Part shown: positions 23,142 to 36,122 of the stretch, in pieces | Layout: each line of letters starts with the position of its first letter | Position numbering within the stretch: position 1 is the stretch's first letter | Source of the DNA: Selaginella moellendorffii | Taxonomy: Eukaryota; Plantae; Lycopodiophyta | Direction of reading: 5' to 3' | Assembly: GCF_000143415.4 (NCBI RefSeq) | Contig: NW_003314364.1 | Coordinates: 348,561 to 412,560 of the forward strand | Length of the DNA stretch: 64,000 nt | Made by a program: the position numbers and the translations under genes | The notes under the pieces: model-generated | What the model was told of the DNA's origin: nothing | Databases searched by the model: none | The model's input: the letters and a program-made list of their open reading frames with translations, nothing else

Positions 23142-24754
23142 AGGGTGTAGCAGCAGATGAGGTGGATCACATACGGCCACTGGACAGCAGGTGAGAGTCG
23201 AGGCTCTGAATTGAGGTTCCAAACTTGGGCCCTTGTCGCAAAGGCCAGTTTTTGATTTGGAACAAGAACAGTAACAGCTGCAGAATCAGTAGCATCCTCA
23301 TTCCTTGCAGCTGGAGGAATTGGACCACTTCTGGCATTGTGGAGCATGGCATAGCTTGCCTTTGTCCATCTCCACCACAAGTGGAAGTCACAAGCAACAA
23401 CACTCTATGATCTTGAGCTGGATCCAGCCTTGACAGCTTCCACCTCCTTGAGGTGTATGATGAACCCATACTATGTGGTTTATGCTTACTCCAGTTATCT
23501 TTGATTCAACAACTGGAATTTGGAGTGTGAAGTCTCTTTATGTTCCTCCTGGAAGCAGTTATCCTCCTAATCCTTCTATGGGTTATGGTGGTGGCCTGGA
23601 TATAGTGCACTAACAGGTGGGTTTCTTCGTCTTGTATTCTTGTGGTGGCTAATCAGGTGTTTAAAATATGATTTAGTGTAAGTTATATACGAGACGGTTA
23701 AAAGCCCATTACCACTAAGAATATGTCGGATGGGGTATGTTCCGTCAACAAACCCATTTTAACCATCTTTAACGGGAGGCAGGCACATGAAGTGACACGT
23801 GGCATATTTTTTGTATTAGTTGTTTGTGCCACATAAGCAATAATAGAAGCTCTCCACGGGTAACAGCGTGCCTGTGGATAACACCTAACTTCACTAGTTT
23901 AAATCCTCACAGGGACCTGAACCTTAGTATCAGAGTATTAGGGACTGTGAGAATTTAATCCTAATAGGACCATATCATGCTGAATAAGTGGGAGAAGCCG
24001 GTAGCGTTTCAATATATCGGGAAGGTTTTGAAGAGGAAGTTGAGACCACAACCTGCATCTGATTCATATGAAAGGTCCACTCATTCTTGGCTATCTACCT
24101 GTGTAGAATGGGGTTGCTCAATCATAAGAGAGAGTAGGGAGTGTAGGAGGCTTGTTTCAATTGGTCTTATGCCTCCAGATGGGCACTAACAGACCCCAAA
24201 AACATGTATTATTCAGTTAAAGGGACAATTAACACTTGTGAGGCACACACTAGATGTGGAGGAAGATGCATATCTAAAACCAAAGAGACATGGGAAAAGC
24301 TGAATCAAGTGCTGGATGCTTATTTGTGGAACCATGGCGACAGGAGCACCTCTTCCAGAATTGTTGTCATCACCTCATATCTGTGTGCATTCATATGCTC
24401 TGCAACACGTTAGTGGCCATCGTTATTTGGGAGTTTGTGCGAGATTTGTGGATGTCGTACCTCTGTCAAGGAAGATCGGCTATGGTTGACATCAAATATT
24501 GCGACAGGAAATGGTTTGAGTTTTTATAAGAATGATATTGAACACAGGAAGAAGTAAACCCTCCAGTCTATAGAATAACCACCTGTTTTCCTAGAGTAAT
24601 CAGCTGCTCAATCGCAGTAGGCCTGAGCCAGCATCCGATTCTCCTCTCCCGCAGTAGCATAGCCAGCGCCTTCCATCTCCCTGCGTAAGGCCGCAAACGA
24701 GATCTTATCGATAGGCGGCAGTTCTACTCTGGCGAGTCCTTGGCAAGTAGCGCG

Positions 24755-25798
24755 GTGCTTAACTCATCCACCCCCAAGTTTAGCAACTGCTCTTGATATT
24801 GTATACCTGTTTAGAAGTTACTCGAAAGCTCCACAATGTACACCGACCTTGAGGATGTGGTCACTTGCACGGTCAGCCAGGGCCCTCAGCATCTGGATGA
24901 AGCACCCCGTATATAGCTGCACCATCACCAGGAAGATCTCATAGCTGTAAGTTGCAGCAGCAAAGTCTCAGCACTTGAAAATGCACGCAACCTAGACTGT
25001 ACCACGGGGCCACAAAGTCATACACATCCGGCAGCTCCCCGCCGATCTGCACAGCGGGTTTATATCTGCGTCAGAACAAGCTGAGAGGCAGAGAGGCAGA
25101 GAGGCTCAACGCATTCGCTTCATCCCATGCAGCGCTTGGCTCTTCCTTGACAAGCTGGTCACAAAGTTCTGGAAGATGCTGTCGCCAGTGCAAATCCCTT
25201 CGAGGGCCATCTAAGTTAGGAAGAAATGCCGGCAAAGTTAGCAGCGAGTGTATAGGAAGTGAGAGTTTCATGCCTCCAAAGTCGTCACGAGTTCCTTGTC
25301 GTCATTGAGCGATGCTCTGGCTTCCGCAGCCTCGACTGAAATGGACATCATCCCCTCCACGTCCTGCGAGCAAAACGTACCGTGGGAGGAGCCTTTCTTT
25401 GAGTGGAAGAAGGATACACACACATTGAGCGTTGTGTTGAGATTGTTGCGGACGTTGCTGAGGAGCTTGATGAGATCGTGGTGCTCGATGATTCCTGGCA
25501 CAGTCGGGCATGCACGTATCACTTTCCTCTTCGAACTGGAGATCGTCTTTCTTACTTGTCAATGAGTCAGCGAGGGAGCTATGGCGGCCTCCGAGGCTGT
25601 GAGCCCATCAACCTGTGCAATGACACTCGCACCGCACTGAGCTGCGCGTCATTCGCCTAGAGCGTGGATTTGCTTCGTTTGCTGCAACGAAGCAAACGTA
25701 CCTGCTGGCGCAAGGAGCAGGATGGCGATGGAAGCGAATAGGGCAGGAGCTTCCCGCACAGGCGCCTCTTTGGCCTCCACCCCGAGCTCCTGCCACAT
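24755..25798 (-). pseudogene. Deleted, frameshifted copy of the 5' half of SEC6
   Basis: High identity, introns included, to ~21015-22846. It has frameshifts after [12 protein letters not shown] and a large internal deletion. Confidence 0.9.
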
Positions 25799-25833
25799 TG
25801 TTACCTTTAGGTCATTCACAGGTAGGTAGCGAG

Positions 25834-28251
25834 ATGGCCGTGGCCAAGAGGGGAGGAGGAGGAGGAGGAGGAGCGGCGGCGGCGGCAGGGCAAGAGGACG
25901 AATCCACGACGCTGGCATCTGCGATTGGCAATGGTGAGGATCTGGGCACTTTGATCCGCGCGGCATTCGAGATTGGACGGCCGGAGGCCCTGCTCCAGCA
26001 GCTCAAGGGCTTCGTCAAGAGCAAGGAGGGCGAGATCGAGGAGCTGTGCCGGGTGCACTACGAGGAGTTTATCCGCGCGGTGGACGAGCTGCGCAACGTG
26101 CTCGTCGACGCCGAGGAGCTCAAGAAGCGCCTCGCCGACGACAATGCGCAGATGCAAGAGGTGGGGAGATCGCTGCTGAGCTGCCTCGAGGAGCTCATCC
26201 AGTGGCACGCCACCCGTGCCAACGTGGCGGCCGCGGTGGAGGCGCTCCTCCACTGCAGCGGCGCCTTGGAGGCGTGCAGCCGCGTCAACTCTCACGTCGA
26301 GCGCGACGAGCTCTACCCGGCGCTCAAGGCAGTGGACTGCGTGGAGCGCGACTACTTGCAGCAGCGCAAGATGCCCGCCACCGCGCTGGCCAGCGCGCTG
26401 GAGCAGCACATCCCGCGCTTCCGGGGCTACGTGGAAAAGAAGGTGAGCGCCGAGTTTAGCGACTGGCTGGTGGACATCCGCGGGGTGGCACGGGACATCG
26501 GGCAGCTGTCCATGGGTGCCGCCTCAAGCGCTCGGCAGCGGGAGGAGGAGATGCGGGGGCGGCAGCGGCAGGCCGAGGAGCAGAGCCGCTGGGGTGGTGG
26601 CGGCGGAGGTGACCAGGAGCTGCAGTCGTCGTGCTACGTGCTGCTGGTGGACGCGAGTGGCGAGGAAGAGGAGGAAGCCGAGGTGGCCAAGCGCTTACAA
26701 CTGACGCCCGTGTACCGTGCGCACTACATCCACGAGTGCCTGGGCCTGGGCGCTCACTTCCGTGCCTACTATCTTGACAACCGGCGTCTCCAGCTCCAGT
26801 CTGACCTCCATCTCCCGCCGGGGCCCTTCCTCGAGTGCCACCAGTCGCTCTTTGCCCAGATGGCGGGCTTCTTCATCGTTGAGGAGCGGGTGGCGCGCAC
26901 CGCCGGCGGCCTGGTGGATGCCTTGGCGGTGGAGTCGCTGTGGGACACGGCGGTGACGCGCATGGCGTCGCTGGTGGAGGAGCAGCTGATGCGAATGCCA
27001 GGGGCCAACCACATTCTGCTGGTGGTGGACAACGCCAGCCTGCTGGCGGCGACACTGCGCGGCTATGGCTACAACGTGGCGCCGCTGCTCGAGGCGCTGG
27101 ACCGGTGCCGCGAGCGCTACCACGAGCTGCTGCTGGCGGAGCGGCGGGCCTCGGTGCACGACGTCCTCGCCAACGACAAGTTCGAACAGATGCTGCTGCG
27201 CAAGGAGTACGAGTATGGTATGCACGTAACCGCGTTTGGACTGCAGGCCAGCGACGCCACCCCGGCGTTCCCGTACGTGGCGCCCTTCTCCGCCAGCGTC
27301 CCCAACCTGTGCCGCATCGTTCGCTCCTTCACGGACGACTCGGTCAGCTTCCTGTCACACGCCGGCGGCGCGACCGACTACTACGACGCGGTCCGCCAGT
27401 ACACGGACCGACTGCTGTCGACGAGCGTGGCGGAGGCGCTGCTCCGCCTGGTACGCAGCCCGACGCTGGGCATGTCCCAGGCCATGCAGCTGGCCGCCAA
27501 CCTCACCGTGCTGGAGCGCGCATGCGACTTCTTCGCGGCGCACATTGCTCGCAGCTGCGGCGTGCCGCCGCGCCTGGCCGCCCCGCTGCAGTCGCGGGCG
27601 GTGCTCCGCAGCTCCCAGGCGGCGGCGCAGGAGCGGATGCTGGAGCTTGTCAACTCCAAGATCGACGACTTCATGCTGCTGACGGCGCACATCGACTGGA
27701 CGCCCGACGACGCGCCCGACCACGGCAACGCCTACCTCAACGAGGTGCTCATCTACCTGGAGACGCTCACGCCCAGCGCGCAGGCCATCCTGCCTCCGCA
27801 CGCCTTCGACCGCTGGATCCGCGGAGTCCTCACGCACGTGTCCGACTGCATCGTCGCCACCTTTGTGTCGGACGACGTGCGCCGCTTCAACGTGCACTCG
27901 GTCATGGGCGTCGACGCCGACCTGCGGGTGCTCGAGTCGTTTGCGCACGAGCGCTTCGTCTCCACGCCGCAGCTGCAGGGGCTGGGTGGCGGCGCCGATC
28001 TCAAGAGCTGCCTGGCGGAGGCGAGGCAGCTCGTCAACCTGCTGCTGTCCAACCAGCCCGACCTCTTCCTCAACCCCGTGATCCGGGAGAGGAGCTACCC
28101 GGCGCTCGACTTCAAGAAGGTGATGGTGGTGGCGGAGAAGTACAAGGACCTGCCGGATCGCCTCTTCCGCGGTGTTGTTGGAGGGAGTAAGCCGGTAAGC
28201 AAGAGGAAGGCATTTGAGACGCTGGTGAAGCGGCTCAAGGAGTTTGTATAA
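25834..28251 (+). CDS. SEC15: Exocyst complex component SEC15 (EXOC6), intronless
   Basis: ~805-aa ORF with AIGNGEDLG..IRAAFE.GRPE.LL, EIEELCRVHYEEFIRAVDELR, YLDNRRLQLQSDL, AFPYVAPFS and FLNPVIRERSY. Confidence 0.93.
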   Translation: MAVAKRGGGGGGGAAAAAGQEDESTTLASAIGNGEDLGTLIRAAFEIGRPEALLQQLKGFVKSKEGEIEELCRVHYEEFIRAVDELRNVLVDAEELKKRLADDNAQMQEVGRSLLSCLEELIQWHATRANVAAAVEALLHCSGALEACSRVNSHVERDELYPALKAVDCVERDYLQQRKMPATALASALEQHIPRFRGYVEKKVSAEFSDWLVDIRGVARDIGQLSMGAASSARQREEEMRGRQRQAEEQSRWGGGGGGDQELQSSCYVLLVDASGEEEEEAEVAKRLQLTPVYRAHYIHECLGLGAHFRAYYLDNRRLQLQSDLHLPPGPFLECHQSLFAQMAGFFIVEERVARTAGGLVDALAVESLWDTAVTRMASLVEEQLMRMPGANHILLVVDNASLLAATLRGYGYNVAPLLEALDRCRERYHELLLAERRASVHDVLANDKFEQMLLRKEYEYGMHVTAFGLQASDATPAFPYVAPFSASVPNLCRIVRSFTDDSVSFLSHAGGATDYYDAVRQYTDRLLSTSVAEALLRLVRSPTLGMSQAMQLAANLTVLERACDFFAAHIARSCGVPPRLAAPLQSRAVLRSSQAAAQERMLELVNSKIDDFMLLTAHIDWTPDDAPDHGNAYLNEVLIYLETLTPSAQAILPPHAFDRWIRGVLTHVSDCIVATFVSDDVRRFNVHSVMGVDADLRVLESFAHERFVSTPQLQGLGGGADLKSCLAEARQLVNLLLSNQPDLFLNPVIRERSYPALDFKKVMVVAEKYKDLPDRLFRGVVGGSKPVSKRKAFETLVKRLKEFV

Positions 28252-28297
28252 CAACCAAGAAGAAAAAACCGAGATACCGATTGCTACCCGGCAGTAG

Positions 28298-28940
28298 TCA
28301 GTGAACTTTCTTCTTCGTGTCCGGCCCCGTCACCGCGGCCTGCTGCTGTGCCGTCAAGGACACCTTGTTCACTTCGTACACGAAGAGGAGCGAGAAGATG
28401 AAGCTGCGTTGAGAGGGAGCGGAGTGAGCAATCTCTTTCTCTTTAGAGACAAGGAGAGGATGGCTCCTTACCATGTGGTGATGCACACTCTATGTACCGC
28501 CCCGGCAGCAACGCAAGCGATGAGCTCCGCCGCAAGCACTGCACGCACACACCGCAAGAGTTTCAGCCTTTCCTCCACACCAAAACCTTCGTTTTCTACT
28601 CACCAGCACCCCATCCGGTTCGGCTGCCCAGTAACTCCTGGAGGTTGCCAATCATCTGCAGGGAGAGATCGGGGAGATCGCAATCAGCCTACACGCGAAA
28701 CCACTCGAGACTCACAGTGAGCGCGAGGAGGAAGAGGAGCGAGCTGATGAATCCGCCCAGGATGGTGTAGAGCTCCGACGACGCCAGCGTCTTCTTGTTC
28801 ATCTGCTGCAAGGACAGCGTGACAACAAAGACGAGAAATGCGTAGAGCATCGAATTGGGCGGGCTGGTGCCGCTGCTGCGCTTGCTCTTGCCCTTGTGAT
28901 CTCCGGCCGGAGCGGCGGCGGCACCAGTGGCGGCAGCCAT
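28298..28940 (-). CDS. Keratinocyte-associated protein 2 (KRTCAP2/KCP2)-like oligosaccharyltransferase subunit, 4 exons
   Basis: Segments LASSELYTILGGFISSLLF, IGNLQE..G.RTGWGA, VHRVCITTC and FS..FVYEVNKVS. Ends with C-terminal KKKVH. Confidence 0.82.
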
Positions 28941-29033
28941 CGCGCGGTGAGAGAGAAGAGAGGAATATTGACTTGTGCCCTACCTATACTTTTTACCTAG
29001 GGCATTGCTTGCTCGCTGCTGGGAGCGAGGGAC

Positions 29034-30454
29034 ATGGGAGGGCGCGACACATCTCTAGGGCAAGAGCTCTTCCTCTACGCCGTCAGCGCCGCCTTGAGCT
29101 GCCTGGTCCTCTTCGTTGGGGTGCGCCATCTCGACCCAAATCGCTACCAGGCCAAGAAAGCCGCCGAGCGCAAGAAGGAGATTGCCAAGCGCCTGGGCCG
29201 CTCACTGGTGCAAACCAACAGCTATGAGGTACTACTCCCTGTTTCCCTGCATTGCTTGCTTGCTCCTAGTGAAATCGCGAGTGTCTCAACTCTAGGACAT
29301 GATCGCCTGTGATGTGATCAACCCCGAGGACATTGACGTAACCTTCGACTCCATTGGCGGCCTCGAGGACGTCAAGAGCTCGCTGTTCGAGCTCGTCATC
29401 CTCCCTCTCCAGCGCCCGGAGCTGTTTGCTCATGGCAAGCTGCTGGGACCTCAGAAGGGAGTGCTGCTCTACGGGCCTCCCGGCACCGGCAAGACGTTGC
29501 TGGCCAAGGCGATTGCCAAGGAGTCGCGAGCCGTCTTCATCAACGTCCGGATTGCCACTCTCATGTCCAAGTGGTTCGGAGACGCTCAGAAGCTCGGTAA
29601 ACCTCTCCTCCTCTCCTCGCTTTCTTCGGCTGCTTGCCGCCAACCGCGTTTCACTTGACTCTTGTTGGTGCAGTCACCGCCGTCTTCTCTCTCGCGTACA
29701 AGCTGCAGCCATCCATCATTTTCATCGACGAGGTTGACAGCTTTCTGGGGCAGAGGCGTGCGACGGAGCACGAATCCATGACTCACATGAAGACGGAGTT
29801 CATGGCACTCTGGGACGGCTTCACAACTGACCGTAAGTATGCCGTGGTTGGAAGCCGAAACGGATGAAGAAGCTCCTGAGCTGTGTTGTGTGTGCAGAGA
29901 GTGCCAGGGTCATGGTTCTCGCCGCCACCAACAGGCCATGGGAGCTCGACGAAGCCATCCTCCGCCGGCTTCCCCGCGCGTTCGAGGTGGGCATGCCGGA
30001 TGCGAGGCAGCGTGCCAGCATTCTGCGGGTCATTCTCAAAGATGAGGCGGTGGAGGACGAGGTGAACATCGACTATCTGGCGAGCCTGACCGAGAACTAC
30101 AGTGGCTCCGACTTGACGGAGCTGTGCAAGCAGGCCGCCTATCTTCCCATAAGGGACCTGCTGGAGAAGGAGAAGAACGGGCACTCGAGCGAGCAACAGG
30201 TGACTGAGCTCTCCTCCCATAGCTTGATTGATCTCATCTGTGTGGATTGGTGGCAGACGGCCAGGCCTCTCAAGCAGAGCGACTTCGAGACGGTGCTGCA
30301 AAACGCTCGCAGTTCCAAGGACGCTGCGTACGACTACCAAAACCGGCGGCAGTTTGAGCAGCAGCAGCAGCCGCAGGAGGTGTCCATCACTGACGTTCTG
30401 CAGCTCTTGGCGGCGTTTGGTGCCGCTGGCAACAGCCGAGGCCGTTCCAGCTGA
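29034..30454 (+). CDS. MSP1/ATAD1-like AAA+ ATPase, spliced
   Basis: N-terminal transmembrane segment, then VTFDSIGGL, Walker A GPPGTGKT, pore loop SKWFGDAQKL, Walker B IIFIDEVD, EFMALWDG and ATNRPWELDEAILRR. Confidence 0.88.
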
Positions 30455-30669
30455 ACAAACAAGGCCATAAATTCTTCCGGCTTTTTCACATTTTGGCGAG
30501 AGCGAGAGCGTGGAAGAGGCGATACAGGTATTACGTCGATGCCTTGGCTTGCTTCTGGCATGGGCGCAGACAAGAAACGGCACTTAGGTAGCTATAGCCG
30601 CGCTTGTACCGTTTGTACGTGTAAAATCGATGCAAACCATGCCCTAAGTTAAAGAGTACAGCGAGCGAG

Positions 30670-32763
30670 ATGAGCTTGGCGGAGGTGTACGCTTGTATGC
30701 CCAGTGTGGAGCGTGGGCGGGGAATTCTCGTGGATGGCGATGCCAGATCGAGCTGGATCATCTACTGCAATGGTCGCAGCGTCGTGATTCGCAGCCTGGT
30801 GCAGCCCCTGCTCGTGGATGTCTACTGCCAGCACGCGTACCCGGTGAGTGTGGCCAGGATCTCGCCGAACGCGCAATGGATAGCCTCGGCGGACGTGTCC
30901 GGCATTGTCAGGATCTGGGGCGCCACCGGGGATCACATACTCAGGCACGAGTACACCGCTCTCTCGGGGCGCATCGATGACTTGCAATGGTCACACGATG
31001 GCCAGCGCATTGTTGTGTGCGGCGACGGCAAAGGGAAGTCATTCGTCCGAGCGTTCAGGTGAGTGCCGTGGCTGGCTGGGCTTTGTTTCTGGATGGGATG
31101 GATTCCTACAACCATGATGTCTCTATAGCTGGGACACGGGCACCAGCATTGGAGACTTCGAGGGCAGCTCCAAGCGCGTCTTGAGCTGCGCATTCAAGCC
31201 CACGCGGCCGTTCCGGATCGCCACCGGCGGGGAAGACTTCGTTGTCAACTTCTACGAGGGTCCGCCTTTCAAGTTCACTGCCTCTCACAGGTATGGTTTC
31301 GTTTCTCTGCTTTTCGTTTGCGGCACGTTGATACGAGCTTTGCCAACCAAGAGATCATACCAACTTCGTCAACTGTGTGCGCTTTGCTCCCGACGGCACC
31401 AAGTTCGTCACGGCTGGATCCGACAAGAAGCTCATCGTGTTCGACGGGAAGACGGGTAGCAGAACTGGCCTCGTCTCGTCCTCGTCCGATGGGCATACAG
31501 GCAGCATTTACGCTGTGAGCTGGAACGCAAGCAGCAGCCAAGTAAGACTACCTCGGTGCCGTGTTACCTCTCTAAGTCTTTTGCCCAGGTGGTGACAGTA
31601 TCCGCGGACAAAACCGCTAAGCTGTGGAGCATAGCGGGAGATGGATCCGGCGGGAGCCTGGAGGCAACTTTCTGCTCGTCAGACGTGCAACTCGGCTGTC
31701 TTTGGCTCAACGATTCCATCGTCACCTTCTCCCTGGATGGCAGGATGAACGTTTTGTCAGCAACCGGAGACCTGACGGCACCAGACAAGGTGCTCTCCGG
31801 ACACTCCAAGAGCATCACGGCTGTTTCCGCATCGGGCACGGACATTTACTCGAGCAGCTACGACGGGGTCATTGTCAAGTGGAGACTTGGAGAGGGCTTT
31901 GTAGCTCGCCTCGACGGCAATGGCTTCTCCTCCAGTGTCTCCGGCTTGAGAGCTGTTGCTGGGAGTGAGGATACATTTGTGGCATGCGGGCAAACCAAGG
32001 TATGGTATGCCACCTTTACTCGGTACTCTAACCGAGCTTTTGGATCTCACAGCTCTCAAGAATTGTGGGAGGGACCGAGAGCACGATTGATCTGGGAGCA
32101 GCTTGCGTCGGGTTCTCGATTGCTCCCTGCAGAGATGGTGAGGTGGTGCTGGCCTGCACAGAGCAAGAGCTGATCCTGCTCAGAGACTTTGCTGTCGTCT
32201 CCCGGCTATCACTTCGTTTTACAGCTACTGCTGTTGCAGTCTCCCCAGACGCGAAAGCTGCCGTAGTTGGGGACAAAGATGGCAAGCTGCACCTGTTCTC
32301 GCTCGGTGAGGACGGACTGCACCAGGAAGCCTTGCTCGAACGTCATCGTGCATCTGTCACGGCACTCGAGTTCTCCCCGGATGGCACGATGTTCGCTTCG
32401 GGTGATCAAAACCGGGAAGCTTTTGTGTGGGACGCAGTCAAGAGAGAGGTACCTCCCTTTGCATTTTGCTTTCTCTACTTTACTCACAAGTCTGCGGTTG
32501 ATGTTCCACTGCAGGTCAAGCTGAAAAACATGCTCTATCACACCACGAGCATCCAGTGCATTGCGTGGGCTGTGGACAGCTCCAAGGTTGCGACTGGGGG
32601 TGTAGACGGTTGCATCTATGTTTACTACGTGGACCGGCCTGCTTCAGCGCGGATATCTATCAGAGGAGCTCATCCGGGCGGTGTGAGCGGCCTGGCCTTC
32701 GCAGACGTTAGCGAGCTTGTTAGTGGCGGGCAAGATGCATTTCTCCGGGTGTGGAAGTCCTAG
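30670..32763 (+). CDS. AIP1: Actin-interacting protein 1 (WD40, AIP1/WDR1), spliced
   Basis: [66 protein letters not shown], and multiple WD repeats. Confidence 0.9.
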
Positions 32764-33106
32764 AGCTTGTTGTGTTTGTGTTTGTGTTTGTGTTTCTGGC
32801 TTTAAGTTGACACCATGATTGCTCAAAATGGTGGTTTTCTAAAGCCATGGCCGCCATGGAACTATGGAACTAGAGTTACGTGATAATCCAATCATTCATT
32901 CGTGGGCATGAGGACGTGGCAGGCCATCTGCTGAGCACCACACAATCTTCCCTCCACTGCTGAGAGAGGAGGGGCTTGGCTTAGTGCACGCTTGCTCGGG
33001 CCTAGCTTCGCCACCAGGGGCCATCGCTGCCCTCTGCGCTCGACGCACTGTGGCTTGATTACTCGCTTACACTCCGCATTGGAGTGTTTTGTTTGATCGA
33101 TCGACC

Positions 33107-34631
33107 ATGGCAGCGGCTTGCAGCAGCAGCGGCAGCAGCAGCCGAATTGGGTGGTTCCAGGCTAGCTCCAGTAGCAGCAACATCGGCATACTGCAGCACC
33201 ACCCGTGGAGAGGATCGCATGCCTCTTCATTGTTTTCCTTCCCCAAGCTCGGAGCCCGGATTGGCAGCAGCGGCGGCGGCAGTGGCAGCAGCGGCAGCAG
33301 CAGCAGCAGGGTGAGAGTCCTGGTTTGTTGTGCGGCTGGTGGCGATGGCAAGACGATTGTGATTGGTCTGGCAGCAGACTCTGGGTGCGGCAAGAGCACA
33401 TTCATGAGGCGGCTGACGAGCGTGTTTGGGGGAGCAGCGTCGCCTCCTAAAGGTGGGAATCCCGACTCCAACACGCTCATCAGCGACACCACCACGGTCA
33501 TCTGCCTGGACGACTACCACTCGCTGGACAGGACGGGCAGGAAGGAGAAAGGGGTGACGGCGCTGGATCCGAAGGCCAACAATTTCGATCTTATGTACGA
33601 GCAGGTCAAGGCACTCAAGGAAGGCAAAGCTGTCCAGAAGCCCATCTACAACCACGTATCGGGGTTGCTTGACCCTCCGGAACTCATCCAGTCACCCAAG
33701 ATCCTTGTCATTGAAGGTCTCCACCCCATGTAAGTAAGCTTTAACTTGAAAGACTAAGTTGACGCGCCAACATGACGGTCTTGTTGTGTTTCCAAGGTTC
33801 GATTCTAGAGTGAGAGAGCTCCTCGACTTCAGTATATACCTTGATATCAGCGATGCTGTCAAGTTTGCTTGGAAGATCCAGGTGAGTGGGTGCAAACATA
33901 AGTCTTTGTATTGAAACTCTTTGGCAGCGAGATATGGCCGAGAGGGGACACAGCCTGGAGAGCATCAAGGCCAGCATTGCTGCCCGCAAGCCCGACTTTG
34001 ATGCTTACATAGGTGACCAGTTGATTTGCTTTCAAGATATGTATATCAAGCTGCGGTGTTGAAACAGACACACAGAAGCAGTACGCAGACGTGGTGATTC
34101 AAGTGCTTCCCACGCAGCTCATTCCAGACGACAACGAAGGCAAAGTCCTTCGCGTTCGGATGATCATGAAAGAGGGCGTTGACAACTTTGAGCCCGTCTA
34201 CCTGTTTGACGAAGGCTCCACAATCTCGTGGATACCTTGCGGGAGGAAGCTCACGTGTTCTTACCCGGGGATTAAGTTCTTCTACGGCCCAGACATTTAC
34301 TATGACAACGAGGTGAGTTTGATTGCTCACTGCGCTTTGAACAGTGGCGAACCATTACTGTGCAATGCAGGTGTCAGTGCTGGAGATGGATGGACAGTTT
34401 GACAAACTGGACGAGCTCATCTACGTGGAAAGCCACCTGAGCAACATCTCGACCCGCTTCTACGGGGAGATCACGCAGCAAATGCTCAAGCACGCCGACT
34501 TCCCGGGCAGCAACAACGGCACGGGCTTGTTCCAGACCATTGTGGGCCTCAAGATCAGAGATGTGTTTGAGCGCATCACCTCCAAGCAAGGCTCCCCCGT
34601 TGGGGCGGCAGCAGCCACCTCCAAGGTCTAA
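33107..34631 (+). CDS. PRK: Chloroplast phosphoribulokinase, spliced
   Basis: Ser/Gly-rich transit peptide, then IGLAADSGCGKSTFMRR, TTVICLDDYHSLDR, WIPCGRKLTCSYPGIKF and HADFPGSNNGTG. Confidence 0.96.
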
Positions 34632-34758
34632 TTATTGCTGTATCGTATCACGTTATCTTCTTACGATAAAGATGACATAGATAAATATATAATAGACCAG
34701 ACCCTGTTTCCAAGTGTTTCCAAGTGTTTCCACGTAGAGCGAGAAGAGGGCGGTGATT

Positions 34759-35943
34759 ATGGGCGATGTCCAAGAGCAGGAGAACCTGGGCGCCTGGCTG
34801 GTGGCGGCCAACACAATTCGCGTGGAGCCGTTTAAGCTGCCCCCGACTGGCAGCGATGAAGTTAAGGTCCAGATGAAGGCGGTCGGTATCTGTGGCAGCG
34901 ATGTCCACTACTACCGGGTAAGCTTGATTGTGAACTTGATCTCGTGGATTCCTCATCTTTGCTTGATGTAGCACCTCCGTTGCGCGGATTTCGTGGTGAC
35001 AGAGCCGATGGTGATCGGGCACGAGTGCGCGGGGCTGGTTGTGGAGGTGGGCAGTAATGTGAAGCATCTCAAGGTTGGGGACCGCGTGGCGCTGGAGCCC
35101 GGCGTCTCGTGTAGCCACTGCACACACTGCAAGACCGGCTCCTACAACCTCTGCCCCGAGATGAAGTTCTTCGCCACGCCCCCCATCCATGGATCGCTCG
35201 CAAACTACGTAAGTACTCGTGTCTATGGAACTATGGAACTCACTTTGTGATGGAACTCACAGGTGGTCCATCCGGCGGAGCTGTGCTTCAAGCTGCCGGA
35301 TGGCGTGTCCGTGGAGGAGGGCGCCATGTGTGAGCCGCTGAGCGTGGGTGTCCACGGGTGCCGGAGGGCGGGCATCGTCCCAGGCGTCCGGCTCCTCGTG
35401 CTGGGTGCCGGACCCATCGGCCTGGTGACAATGCTGGCGGCCAGAGCCTTCGGCGCCACACGGATTGTGGTCACGGACGTGGACGCGTCTCGCCTGGCGG
35501 TGGCTGCGCAGCTGGGAGCGCCGGACGTGAGCACGGTGCTGGTGTCGACCAAGACCGAGGACGTGGAGGCGGAGGTGCGAGAGATCCAGGGCGTGGCGGG
35601 GGGAGAGGTGGACGTGGCCATGGACTGCGTGGGGGTGGGCAAGACGATGCTGACGGCGCTGCGAGCGAGCAAGGCGGGGGGCAAGGTGTGCCTCATCGGC
35701 ATGGGGCACACCGAGATGACGCTGCCGCTCACGGGCGCGGCGGCGGCGCGAGAGGTGGACGTGGTGGGCGTTTTTCGTTACCGCAACACGTACCCGCTGT
35801 GCATCCAGCTGCTCGAGTCCAAGCGCATCGATGTCAAGCCGCTCATCACGCACCGCTTTGGATTCTCGCAGCAGGAGGTTGTGGAGGCGTTTGAGACGAG
35901 TGCCAAAGGTGGCAGCGCCATCAAGGTCATGTTCAACCTCTAG
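34759..35943 (+). CDS. SDH: Sorbitol (L-iditol) dehydrogenase, zinc MDR family, 3 exons
   Basis: [44 protein letters not shown] and C-terminal AIKVMFNL. Confidence 0.92.
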
Positions 35944-36122
35944 ATCCTCGTAGTAGCTACCCTGTTACATCTATGGTTCTATGGTTCTATCGTTCCCTTG
36001 TGAAACGAATTGGGCATTGTGCTCTTGCCGCGCTAGGTAGCGCTTAAGCGAGAGGAGAGAGACAGAATAGAGCCTAGTTTTAGGGCAAGGGCACATTGTT
36101 TGGAGGAGGAGGAGGAGAGATC

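Noticed and set aside
23150-24750. Possible gene fragment or MITE between the two SEC6/SEC15 units
   Set aside because: Only short ORFs without recognisable motifs; no convincing terminal inverted repeats with TSD could be defined.
26940-28254. Large alternative-frame and antisense ORFs over SEC15 (416 aa, 299 aa)
   Set aside because: These are expected shadows of a GC3-rich coding sequence and have no recognisable motifs.
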